Shown here in pieces: positions 1 to 11,497 of a stretch of DNA of 64,000 nucleotides. The stretch lies in the NCBI GenBank assembly GCA_951406725.2, contig OX597814.1, forward strand, positions 138,880,001 through 138,944,000, read 5' to 3'. Positions within the stretch are counted from its first letter, which is position 1; the number at the start of each line of letters is the position of its first letter. The position numbers were made by a program, and so were the translations under genes. This stretch comes from Octopus vulgaris. Taxonomy: Eukaryota. Below the pieces are notes generated by a model. The model was given only the letters and a program-made list of their open reading frames with translations. It made no database searches and was not told the origin of the DNA.

Positions 1-75
1 TAATCTACTTAATCCGTTTGTCTGTCCTTGTTTGTCCCCTCTATGTTTAGCCCCTTGTGGGCAGTAAAGAAATAA
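1..75 (+). mobile_element. 3' tail of tRNA-derived SINE (family B)
   Basis: Near-identical to the tail at 56862-56929 (ttaatccgtttgtctgtccttg...ccccttgtggg...taaagaaata). Confidence 0.85.
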
Positions 76-96
76 GAAACTGAAAGAAGCCCGTCG

Positions 97-152
<56 letters not shown>

Positions 153-775
153 TACTTACATACGTGTGTGTGTGTGTGTGCGAGTGCGTGTGTGTATCTT
201 TGTGTCTCTGTTTGTCCTCACTACCACCACCACTACCAGCGCTTGGTAATCGGTGTCTGTGTATTTACTTATTAGCGGTAATGAAGGCGCAAGGCTCAAT
301 GGTTAGAGCGTCGAGCTTATGATCGTGAGGTTGTGAGTTCGAATCCCGGACCGGGTTGCGTGTTGTGATCTTGAGCAAGACACTTTGTTTCACGTTGTTG
401 CTCCCGTTCACTCAGCTGTAGAAATGAGTTGCAACATCACTGGTGCCAAGCTGTATCAGCCTTTGCCTTTCCCTTGGATAACACTGGTGGCGTGGAGAGC
501 GGAGGCCGGTATCCATGGGCGACTGCTGGTCTTCTATAAACAACCTTGCCTGGACTTGTGCCTGGGAGGGTAACTTTCTAGGTGCAATCCCATGGTCAGT
601 CATGACCGAAGGGGGGGTCTCAGCAACCTAGCGGTTCGACAAAAGGAAAGATAGAATAAATACCAGGATTTAAAAAATGTACTGAGATCGATTCGTTCTC
701 CTAAAAGTTCTTCAAGGCAGTGACCCAGATTGGCAGCAGTTTAATGACTGAAGAAACTAAAAAGTAAGTATAAGC
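76..775 (+). mobile_element. Microsatellite-containing SINE (family A), 3' two-thirds, split by a nested SINE at 283-620
   Basis: gaaactgaaagaagcccgtcg + (TA)/(TG) tract + tagcggttcgacaaaa...atgactgaag, matching the copies at 911, 31661 and 50965. Confidence 0.75.
283..620 (+). mobile_element. tRNA-derived CORE-like SINE
   Basis: A box ggctcaatggtt and B box gagttcgaatccc, then a CORE-like block (ttgagcaagacact...ttcactcagctgtagaaatgag). Head shared with 52035. Confidence 0.8.
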
Positions 776-910
776 TTTTGCTGCTAACCCTGACATAAGT
801 TTCTATAAAATATATAAAACGAGAATTTTCACATCAAAAAATATGTTGTATGTTCACGGCTACATTACTACAATTGAAGTATTTTTTTTTAAAAATTCCC
901 TAATATATCA

Positions 911-1182
911 TAGGCGCAAGCGTAGCAAAAAGTATCACCTTATGATTCCACGTTCAATCCCACTGCGTGGCACCTTAGGCGAGCGTCTTGTCCTGTAGCT
1001 CCGAGCCGATCAAAGACTTATAACTGGATTTGGTGGACAAAAACTGTAAGAAGCCCGTTATATGTATAGATATATGTGTGTGTGTGTGTGTGTTTGTATG
1101 TATGTATGTATGTATTATTCTTTTTATTCTTTTACTTGTTTCAGTCATTAGACTGCGGTCATGCTAGAGCACCGCATTATAT

Positions 1183-1220
<38 letters not shown>

Positions 1221-1415
1221 CTGTGTTTTTGTTTGCCCACCACTACCGTCTGACAACTAATTTTGCTTTGTTTATGACCCCGTAACCTTGTGGTTCAGTA
1301 AAAAGACCCCGATAAAATAAGTACTAGGTTTAGAAAAAGTAAATAGTAAGATCGGTTTGTTCTACTAAACCCTTCAAGGCGGTGCTGCAATCCAGTGACT
1401 TAAACCAGTAAAAGA
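911..1415 (+). mobile_element. Family A SINE, degraded, with an antisense family A tail nested at 1117-1175
   Basis: gttcaatcccactgcgtggcaccttaggc head region, internal microsatellite and tail. 1117-1175 is the reverse complement of the family tail. Confidence 0.75.
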
Positions 1416-1752
1416 TAAGCGATATGGTAGCAAAATAATTCAGAATTTATCCTCTCCTCCTCCATATCTTTAGAAATTTTTCTCTATATATGCGTTACGA
1501 ACTGAAAATCTAGCTTCAAATTTAGAGACTTTGTTTATTTAGAAGTTTCGTACTGCAGGCGACATCAAATCATAAATACTTAAAAAATATCTATGATCAC
1601 ATTTATATTAAACTACGCCATGTACAAATACAAAGCTCAACAATTTTCTTTTCAATTTTGGAGAGAAGTCTACAATTTGCAGACGATATAATATCGACAG
1701 TACTTAGTCTTCAGAAAACATTTACCACCAAGTCGGTAAATATTTAAAGAGT

Positions 1753-2135
1753 GGAGGTGCAATGGCCGAGTGGTTAGGGCAGCGGACTCGCGGTCGGAGG
1801 ATCGCGGCTTCGATTCCCAGACCGGGCATTGTGAGTGTTTATTGAGCGAAAACACCTAAAGCTCCACGAGGCTCCGACAGGGGGTGGTGGTGAACCCTGC
1901 TGTACTCTTTCACCACAACTTTCTCTCGCTCTTTCTTCCTGTTTCTCTTGTACCTGTATTTCAAAGGGCCAGCCTTGTCACACTCTGTGTCACGCTGAAT
2001 CTCCTCGAGAACTACGTTATGGGTACACGTGTCTGTGGAGTGCTCAGCCACTTGCACGTTAATATCACGAGCAAGCTGTTCCGTTGATCGTATCAGCTGG
2101 GACCCTCATCGTCACAACCGACGGAGTGCTCCTAT
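1753..2135 (+). mobile_element. Full-length tRNA-derived SINE (resembles the octopus OR/OK group)
   Basis: A box tggccgagtggtt, B-box-like gcttcgattccc; 16-bp TSD taaatatttaaagagt at 1737-1752 and 2136-2151. Confidence 0.92.
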
Positions 2136-2710
2136 TAAATATTTAAAGAGTCAAAATACTTTAAATAACTATGGTTAGTAAGAGTTTCATATTAGCTATT
2201 TATATGGAAGACGACATTTTGAAATAATTTAATTCCTTGAATTTAATGCATTTAATAGTTACGTCAGTATGAATATCACAAACTGCTCGGTATAGGACCA
2301 CCAAAATATGATTTAGCAAATTCAACTATAGACAACAATATATGAAAATCCATAGAAATTTTAGCTTCGTAATCTTCTCTCCAAACAGGCCAAAATAAAG
2401 AGGTGGTATTTCTTTTCTACGGACGTCTATCAGAAGACCGTGTGCTTTGTGAGTGAAAATTGTTGGTGAATACCCAATACAAATTGATACGCAAACTCTT
2501 TTATAGAACCGAACGAAATGTATGCTGTTGCCTCATCGCATTTCAATGTGCTTGCGATTATTTTTGATTATACATGGTCACGCTGTTTCCCTACTTCAAT
2601 TGTAGGTAATGAAAATCAGTTTCAATACAAAATATTTTAGCTTATAAAATCTAGACACTATCTACATTATTTACAATTGACAGATATTCGTTCTCATCTT
2701 CTTTGTTGTT

Positions 2711-2756
2711 AACACAACGTTTCGGCTGATATACCCTCCAGCCTTCATCAGGTGTC
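2711..2756 (-). ncRNA. Minimal type I hammerhead ribozyme
   Basis: Minus strand: GACAC-CUGAUGA-A-GGCUG(loop)CAGCC-GAAA-CG-UU-GUGUU. Stem I GACAC/GUGUU, stem II GGCUG/CAGCC, palindromic ACGU stem III, GUU triplet. Confidence 0.8.
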
Positions 2757-2805
2757 TTGGGGAAATTTCAAACCTGGGTTCTCATTCCTAAGGTATTTTT
2801 TCGAT

Positions 2806-2809
<4 letters not shown>

Positions 2810-2871
<62 letters not shown>

Positions 2872-2886
2872 GTTATTATTATTATT
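2810..2886. repeat. (TTA)n microsatellite; second half at 3352-3417
   Basis: Direct reading. Confidence 0.95.
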
Positions 2887-3350
2887 GAGTGAGAGAGCAG
2901 TTCATGCCATCAAAGTGACACTGGGGTAAAATATACGAAGCCCAGTATACCCATCATGACTACCCGTCTGATAAGGGTACACTAGGCACATGCATCACAA
3001 CCATGTGTGCGCGACATGGTGATCTCATATCAAGATAAACAGCACATGACCTTGCAGGTGGGGCCCAGTTAGAATTTTCTTCAGGTTGAGTAGCCCATCC
3101 CGCTCAAACGGTCCCTGAATAAGGGTTGTTTAAGGATGTTGAAAGAACCACCCATGTTTCCAGAGGTGAACTATTCAAACCCCAAAGAAACCCTCTCAAC
3201 ACATGGCTATGATGTTCCCCCACTACTTCTGCTTGTGATCAGAGATGCACATATCGTCAGCCACTAAGGGACATGCTCAACTGGTTAAGGTCAAACAACT
3301 AACAAGCAAATCTGTGGTATTGAGCAGAATATTTGCTGTTACCAATAGCC

Positions 3351-3351
<1 letters not shown>
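2887..3351. mobile_element. Unclassified insertion inside a (TTA)n tract
   Basis: Complex 465-bp block bounded on both sides by the same (TTA)n. No protein motif recognised. Confidence 0.55.
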
Positions 3352-3417
<66 letters not shown>

Positions 3418-3463
3418 GAGGTCACTGCCTGGAATCGAACTCGGAATGTTGGGGTTAGTAGCC

Positions 3464-3582
3464 ACACGACAACGATGAGAGAGTGAATCCAATTTAGAAG
3501 ATAGATCAGGACCAATAGCATTACAAATACGGCATTGAATGTGGTCCAACAGAGTTAAACAATCTGCAGGAACACCTGTCCA
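3464..3582 (-). mobile_element. LINE ORF2 fragment downstream of the RT core (Jockey/CR1-group-like)
   Basis: Translates WTGVPADCLTLLDHIQCRICNAIGPDLSSKLDSLSHRCRVA, matching the W-G-A...LLDRIQ-R...L-SL-HRR-VA pattern. Confidence 0.65.
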
Positions 3583-3599
3583 TACATACATACATACAT

Positions 3600-3632
<33 letters not shown>

Positions 3633-3676
3633 TACATACATACATACATACATACATACATACATACATACATACA

Positions 3677-3708
<32 letters not shown>

Positions 3709-3740
3709 CATACATACATACATATATATACATACATACA

Positions 3741-3774
<34 letters not shown>

Positions 3775-4008
3775 CATACATACATATATACATACGTGCA
3801 TACATACATACATATATACATGCATGCATACATACATGCATAAATACACACAGGCAGACAGACATATCCAAAGAGTTGCCTCTACTTATACAATAGAGCC
3901 TTACCATTTTATTAATGACCGGATAAAATCCTTCAAAAGAAAACATAAATCCACAAAACATGCATACACACACACGCACATTCATAAATACATACATACA
4001 TACATACA

Positions 4009-4042
<34 letters not shown>

Positions 4043-4060
4043 CATACTTACATGCATATA
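3581..4060. repeat. (CATA)n compound microsatellites
   Basis: Direct reading; two tracts separated by about 140 bp of unique sequence. Confidence 0.95.
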
Positions 4061-4959
4061 TACATAATACATATATACATGGATATACACATGCTGCGGG
4101 CATACGTGTATATGTAGGTGTGATAGCATTTCCCGCCAGATGGTACGTGACCAAACATATTGGACTGTCATGCATCAAGATTTTATAGAGAGTTGCAGCT
4201 AATCTGATGTCTCAATAGCTGAGTCCATATTCCAGTTTCATTTCATAAATAAAACGTATGAGATATGACGGACTACCGTCATCTGCAACACACAATAAGC
4301 CTTTCCAGGAGAATATTTGATTCTCAAAAATTTGACGTTACATAATCTAGTTAATATCAATAGTGTTATTAATGCATGGAGTTTGTGAAATGATTTATGT
4401 TTTATCCGTGCGTGTGTGCTGATTCCGATAAAATGTCCAGAACCACTACCAAGATTGGCATTAGCAATGACGCAATAAGTTGCTGGCAGTGAGAATAGAA
4501 TCTAAAATTAAATAATAGAAATCAATAAAAGGTAAGTTTATTGATTTTACGTTATGTTTTTGATAGTTTTTTCTTCTACTATCGCCATGTTTTCAATGCT
4601 TTCCTGAAAATATGTTATTCGTTTCCCACTTGTAGACATTTTATCGCCTGAGTCTATTCAGTCTTTACTATTTACTTGCTTATTGTTCACCATAAATAAA
4701 TATATCTGCCATGGGAACAAAGTCATTAATTTATAATAATGGCGAATTAGACTGTGTGTCGTTCATTCTTTTTCAGAGGAATTTGCTGGCATCGGTTGAT
4801 TGGATGGTAAATAGAATAGATGGAATTCGTCATGGCTCGTCGGGAATTGACCTCTAAACAAATGGGTGTAGGAATAGCTATGCGATTAAGAATTTGGCTT
4901 TGTAAGCATTTGCTGCTGGGTTCGATTCCACTATGCAAAATCTTACTTGAGTATAAGTA

Positions 4960-5117
4960 TGTGGCACGTTGAAAAGTTGCTAGCTTTGGATAAAACAAAA
5001 TACAGAAAGATCAGTTAATTATGATTTTATTCAACACATTCTCCTCTCTGCATCATACACTTATTTCTAAGCCCTGCAAAAGAACTTGGAAGGTTGGGCC
5101 TCCAACCAGGTCTTTCG

Positions 5118-5120
<3 letters not shown>
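4960..5120 (-). mobile_element. Partial mariner-derived MITE
   Basis: Reverse-complement match to 12891-13110 (ggttggaggcccaaccttcc; taattaactgatc). Confidence 0.7.
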
Positions 5121-5149
<29 letters not shown>

Positions 5150-5279
5150 TCAACAATATAAGGAATGGCCATATAGGACATTCGACTCACTAGAAAGAGC
5201 AGCCAAAACTCATACCGCTAAATAGTTGTAATTCTGAAATAGAAAGGGAAATAAAAACGTTTACCCCTTTCATCTCTCT

Positions 5280-5335
<56 letters not shown>

Positions 5336-5339
5336 AGAG

Positions 5340-5629
5340 AGATAATGGTGTCGTTGAGACCCAAATGTGTCAGGTAATGCTGAATAAGTGCTATAGACAG
5401 ACCATAGTTGAGTTCCAGATTCGGTAACATTGCGAATAAAGGGTTCAACATTGGTTCTATGTCAACGTGTGTATAAAAGAATGAATTGTTTGCGTAATAA
5501 GATAAAAAACAAAGGCTGTATAGATATTAGAGCATTTATATCTACCAAGCTAGTCCCTGACAGTTCTGACAGAGCTCAACTGCATATACATACATGCATA
5601 CGTACACACACACACTCATATATATATAG

Positions 5630-5718
<89 letters not shown>

Positions 5719-5768
5719 TTATAAATGCTCTAATATCTATACAGCCTTGGTTTTTTATCTTATTACGC
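5340..5768. mobile_element. Fold-back Penelope-like non-coding fragment
   Basis: 49-bp inverted repeat, 5492-5540 vs 5720-5768 (1 mismatch), around a (GATA)n tract; flanked by (TA)n. Confidence 0.55.
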
Positions 5769-5791
5769 CGCAAAAAATTCTTTATATATAC

Positions 5792-5877
<86 letters not shown>

Positions 5878-5879
<2 letters not shown>

Positions 5880-7105
5880 CAAAGTGAAGTTGTAAGGTAC
5901 CGCACGAGTGGAAATATATATAAAAGAAGGTTTGAAAATGCAATTTTAAAGATGTTTATACGCATACATAATACATACATACACATAATTACATCAAGAA
6001 TAGGAAATCTTCTTAAAGGGATGTAACCATCCAAGATCCCTGGTTATATCCAGTGTCTCAGTGAAAACCAAGCATATTAGTTTCACATTGATGGATATGT
6101 GTATATAAATATCATTGTATGAGAAAAAAGTACCAACAAAGTTGGAAACGCCTTCTGTTTTCTCTGTACACATGAACTTTTTCAAATCTTGTATTCAAGG
6201 CATCGGCTCCTGAATGCAAGGAGGGAGACTAGTTAGCATGTGTTCACGCCTGTAAATATGTTTGCAGAAACTACCATTAGATGAACTTTAAAGAATAAAT
6301 TAGGTATAATTGTAAGGTTACTGGAACCTTGAATCGGGCGGTATCTCACGATTAATATGCTTACATGTATAATTAAAACAATTAAATAATTCTTAAAAGA
6401 TATCGTTTTAATATTGAAGTATAAATTAAAAGGTTAATATGAATATCAAGTTTTAGGTACAGGTAACAGTAGTATATATTATATATGGTTTACCGAAACT
6501 TTAATTTAAGCGCGTACCTCGAGAATATATGATTAATAGCTAATGAATGGTTAATTAATTTAAGTTAGAGCTGCAACGTATTAATTTAATATTGCTTTTA
6601 ACTTTAATGATTTCTTAATTTATTAATTTGATTTGGTAATATTTATGCTTTCCTTGATTAGATCGTTCATTTCTTTTCTCACTACTGTGCGCTAATATCG
6701 GTGACGTATTATTCAACTATGGTAATTAGTAAGCACTTTGATTCGGGTTCACTTCGTAGCTTTCAACACTTTAACACACCTATGCACAAATACATAAGAA
6801 TAGGAACGGCTGTTTTAAATACACCTATTGCTAAAACACACATATCTGCGTCTATCAAAAGCCACCCAACACGTTGGAGTATAGTTCCTTTCTAATAAAT
6901 TCTCTCCCCTGACGAAATACCCAATTTACGATATTCCATATGACAATTTAATTTAATTTGATTTAATTTAATTTAATTCCTCAAATTGAATTGGGTACGG
7001 AAACAGCTGTAGGTGTAAAGAACTTGGTGTTATACTGAATGGATTTTTTTCAAATAAATCGATGTCTATATATTAATTTCTCCATTTTCTTTTTTCTCAT
7101 ACAAG
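5878..7105 (+). mobile_element. Non-autonomous Penelope-like element with hammerhead
   Basis: Hammerhead near the 3' end; the terminal 16 bp (7089-7104) are repeated inverted at 6115-6130; microsatellite flanks. Confidence 0.55.
6906..7015 (+). ncRNA. Type I hammerhead ribozyme with extended stem II
   Basis: CUGACGA at 6909-6915, stem II UACCCAAUU/AAUUGGGUA, GAAAC at 7000-7004, palindrome ACAGCUGU, GUA triplet at 7009-7011. Stem I is short (CC/GG). Confidence 0.75.
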
Positions 7106-8009
7106 AATATATATATGTGTGTGTGTGTGTGTGTATGTATGTGTGTGCGTGCGCGCGTGTGTGTGTGTGTGTATGTGTGTGTATGCAGTTGAGATCTGTT
7201 ACAACTGTCATTGGCAGATATAAATTTAACAGCGTTGTTTGCCCATAAATGGCTAGAATAGCTCTTCCACGGAGTAGCTGACCTTTCTAACTCTATGTAC
7301 GTGCATGCGTGTATGTGTATGTGTATGTATGTTCGTGCGTATATGTGAGTGTTTTGGCCATGTATAGAAGTAGAACTACACATTATTTCTTCCATTTTCA
7401 AAAATATAGTGACCCAATGACTTATAACATGCGATGTAATTGTTCAGCAAATGTGAATAGGAATGTTCACTCATATACATTTATTTATATGAGTGGACAC
7501 TACTAGCAAGTGTGATATAAAGCACATAAAATTACTAACACGGACCTTCTCCATATTGTTTACTAAGCTATAGTTTGATGGTAATAACAACAAAAATCAT
7601 ACTTACCAATAAAGTTAGTGATTTGGTTCCGATTTTTTCATTTCAACTGCAGCCATTCCATTTCATTTACAAGTGGTTTAGACAGTTGGCACTCCTAATT
7701 CGTATTGGTTTCGTTTAGATTAAGCAGACAATAGTTTTATACTTCTATGCCTGTCAATTGAAGTGGATGGAAAAAAGTTCGACCTTGCAAATTGTAAAAA
7801 GATAGTTAAACAAAATAATGGCCCGGAACAGAGGTCATTCATTGTAATGTGATACACGTATTTCCAAAGAGCAAATGTTCGAAAATGAAAGGATAGTATT
7901 CAAAACATCAACAAAGATGGCATCAATAATTTGTACTTTTGTATGACACGAGGGTACGACGTTTAGGGTAATTCACAGGCGTTTTCATCTCGGACCTCAA
8001 AGAAAAGTG

Positions 8010-8141
8010 CCCACAGGGGGCTAAACGTAGAGAGGACAAACAAGGACAGACAAAGGGATTAAGTCGATTACATCGACCCCAGTTCGTAACTGATATTTAT
8101 TTAATCGACTCCGAAAAAGGATGAAAGGCAAAGTCAACCTC
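8010..8141 (-). mobile_element. Family B SINE, 3' half
   Basis: Reverse complement of gtcgactttgcctttcatcc...ttaatccctttgtctgtccttg. Confidence 0.8.
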
Positions 8142-8409
8142 ATGAATTGACAAAACCATTAGAGTGTTGGATAAAATACTTTTAGGTATTTCTTCGAACT
8201 CTTTACGTTCTAAGCCAAATCTTGCTGACGTCACTTTGCTTTCATCTTTCATCGATTAATAAAATAAGGCACTAATCAAGGATATTCGATTTACTAGACA
8301 GCTAGTTTGTGCGAATAGAGAACGGTCTTCTCTAGATCGAGCCACTGACCATTGCTTAGTAAGTGAACTTGATAGAGAGAAACTGTTTAGAAATAAACTG
8401 AATAGATAA

Positions 8410-8469
<60 letters not shown>

Positions 8470-8470
<1 letters not shown>

Positions 8471-8690
8471 GATGTGTGTGTGTGTGCTCGTTGTTTGTCG
8501 TCCCACCGCTTGGCAACCGATTTGCTTTGTTAACGTTCTCATGGTATAGCGGCTCGACAAAAAGAGAATATGTAGAAAAGTACCAAACTTTAAAATGAGT
8601 ACTCGCTTCGATTTGTTCGACGAAAAACTTAAGGCGTGGGTCTAGCATGGCTGCAGGCCAAAGACTGAAGCAAGTAAAAGATTGAAATTA
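8470..8690 (+). mobile_element. Family A SINE, degraded 3' part
   Basis: cgcttggcaaccga...gcggctcgacaaaaagag...agcatggctgcagg...gactgaagcaagtaaaag. Confidence 0.7.
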
Positions 8691-9019
8691 AAGATTGTCG
8701 TGCTCCATCTGGGTTGACTTAAGGCTAAATATACAATACCAACAGTAACAATAGCAATGGTCAAAGCGACAACATTTACCTTTCTTGTTTTCAAATGAGG
8801 AATAAGAACTGACAGCTTTTCTTCAATCTGAATAATGAGTGGAGATCACCCGGTTGCTAAGCTTTTAAAATGTAATTAGCAGATAATTTTAACATTTATC
8901 CATCGTATAATACATAATAAATATATACTTAATATATATATTAAGATTCTTGTGCAGGTATGGGTATGTGAGCCGTCTGGAGAGTGTTTCCAGTTATATT
9001 ATCAAAAGGGGCAAATGAT

Positions 9020-9400
9020 AGAGTCGGCAGAATCGGCAGAGCGGCAGATAAAATCCCCTTGTGGTATCTTGTTAAATATCTTTATAATTTGAGTTCAAAT
9101 CTTGCCAAGATCAATATATAATTCACCCTTCAGTGTGCAATAGAATAAATACCAGATATTGCGTTTGTTTTAATCAACTCTAAGCCTCTCAAAACATTTT
9201 TAGCTTTGTAACTGAATTATAAACCATTTTTATACGTAAAATACTGTCTTAGATTGGCAGAATCGTTAGAGCATCGGTCAGCTTTGTCTTTCATCTTCCT
9301 CCGGGGTCGATAAACACCTTCAAGTGCAGGAGTCGATATAATTGATTATATATCTCTTCTCAAAACTGTTGGCCTTATACCTAAATTACAAGTTATTAGG
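9020..9400 (+). mobile_element. Two degraded family B SINE copies
   Basis: ggcagaatcgttagagc heads, gagttcaaat B box, tttcatcttcctccggggtcgataaa core. Confidence 0.55.
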
Positions 9401-11453
9401 TGCAAAAAGATTCAATAAACTTTAGACCAGTGTAAAAATATTTAGTTAAATCTTTCACTCCTTTATCAAAGACAATTTTTACTTTTTATTTTCTCGATAT
9501 CGATGATTTAAAAACAAGCCTTACATTGAGACCAGCCGAATCGAGTGTAGTCTTCGTTGTAAATCTGTGGTCTTCTACCATTGAAAGAAACCATTAAATT
9601 CAATCGTTGTTATGACTTGCAGAACTTGAAATCGGCCATAATATCTTTTGTCCATCTACTTCTTGAATACAAATGACACCGGTCTCGTTTATTCGAGAGA
9701 AATGAAATAATAATAGCATGAAATCAATCCAATTGATTATAGTCTCACCATAAAAAAAAAACTGCAACATCGTGCATCGTTACAATAAAAATTATGTAGT
9801 GAGTAGTGTATTTTATAGGTAAGATGCCAAGATTGCAATTATAGTTTCGGTTCCTGATCTTAGTCAATGGTATTAGAAATGGCATTGCAAAATCACAAAC
9901 ATATTACAATTCGTATATATTAATACAACTTCAGAGGAAGAAAAGTAATGAAATATTTCTCAAGTCCAGATCAACATAATTTAAGCTAGGATTTCCTTTC
10001 AGTGCTAGGAGATAGCTTAGCTCTGATCAATTGCTAAGACTCTAGAAAGTTCAAGACACATCTTGGAGTACTGTTGAAATACGAAACAAAACACTAGCAC
10101 AGTAAGTAGAATTCATTCCCGACCACCACTTTTCTCCTATGAGCATCCACTACAAGTAAATATCAACCACACCAATGTCATTTGCATTACAAGACCTGAA
10201 AAACTATGAAATATTACTTCTTTTCTTTTGATTGTTATATAGGAACAAATTATCAACGTATATTTTCTGTATGAATAATTTGTAATTATAATGTTCTCTT
10301 TTGTTTGTGAAAAGAACTGCGAAAAAAATAAAGTAAAACTGAAAATTCATACAGATGTTATATTTTCAGATGGCACATACAATAAAACGCCAACAACATT
10401 TTGAATAAGAAGTGTGAGTATTTCTAAATCGATCTATAAAACAAACTGATGTGTATGATATAAAAGCATTCATTCCATATAGAGACAAGTTATACAATAT
10501 CCGATATTAAAACGATTATTTTTCTTTCTTTAAATCTTAAGAGTCTTTCGGAAATATTTGTAAACGGAATAAAAAAAATATAAGGATTTCTTACATTGTT
10601 GCATTGATGAAATTTATAGGGTAAGGGTATATATAGTTTACAACAGAATCCACCGGAATAAATGATTGGTACTTATCGACCCTCCTTGAAAAACAGGGGA
10701 AAAGCAACAAAATCTACCGGGGAAGAATCTGAAATCAGATTAAACATGGTCGAAACATTTAGTGTTGTGTTATATTGCAGCTTCCACTTCACAATCCGCT
10801 AGAAACAAAAATAAAACGAATAATAATGGAAATAAATTCGAATTTCTTGAATAATATCTTAACTGAAAAATACATTATGTTGTGAAATGTCGAAATGGAT
10901 GTAAAATGAATGAAACATTTTACAATTTTGGAAACGGCTCGAGGATCCAGTTTTCTATTATTCATGCTAAAAGTCGGTTAATACGACTTTTCATTATAAA
11001 AAATAGTTACGAAACGCCAATAGAATGCCGATGCTATTTCGGAAGCAATAATGAAAACAAATAATACATCTAAAAGGAATTGAAACTCGCTGTATTGGAA
11101 GAAATAAGTAAAATAAAAACCGGTACAATTTGATGGCAATTAAAATAGAATCACTTCTGCCAAGCGATATATTTTGTTCATTTCCATGTAAATTATATCG
11201 ATAATTTCTTCTAATTAATGAGAGAAATAAAAAAAATAGTTTCGCTGTTGAAGAACAAAAGCATCAATTCTAAGGTAAGGCTTTATTCCACTGAATACAC
11301 CCCAGTGCATTACTGGTAATTAAAATCAAATTTATTTCAGGAAACTTAAAACAGAGAAAGTGTAAGCAGGATAATAAAAATCAATTCGTTTTAAGGCATA
11401 GTAAGAATTATAGAGTACAGGTACAGATACACACATACATAGTCACACACTCA

Positions 11454-11497
<44 letters not shown>

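Larger units (their letters stand above)
2658..3463 (-). mobile_element. Putative tRNA-headed SINE-like element: B-box head (3418-3463), (AAT)n linker, hammerhead-bearing tail; interrupted by 2887-3351
   Basis: The minus strand reads ggctactaaccccaacattccgagttcgattccaggcagtgacc (B box), then (AAT)n, then the tail with the ribozyme core. Head-tail linkage is inferred across the insertion. Confidence 0.6.
4125..10195 (-). pseudogene. Candidate decayed multi-exon iGluR/IR-like gene, copy 1
   Basis: Splice-flanked segments 10195-9784, ~9700-9525, ~8905-8780, 7750-7607 and 4501-~4125. Translations loosely follow ATD, ATD-S1 linker, S1, DFSKP-like and M1/S2 order, with many stops and frameshifts. 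Confidence 0.35.

Noticed and set aside
283-355. tRNA-like sequences here and at 1753, 11498 and 52035
   Set aside because: They continue into SINE bodies, and the 1753 copy has a TSD. These are SINE heads, not tRNA genes.
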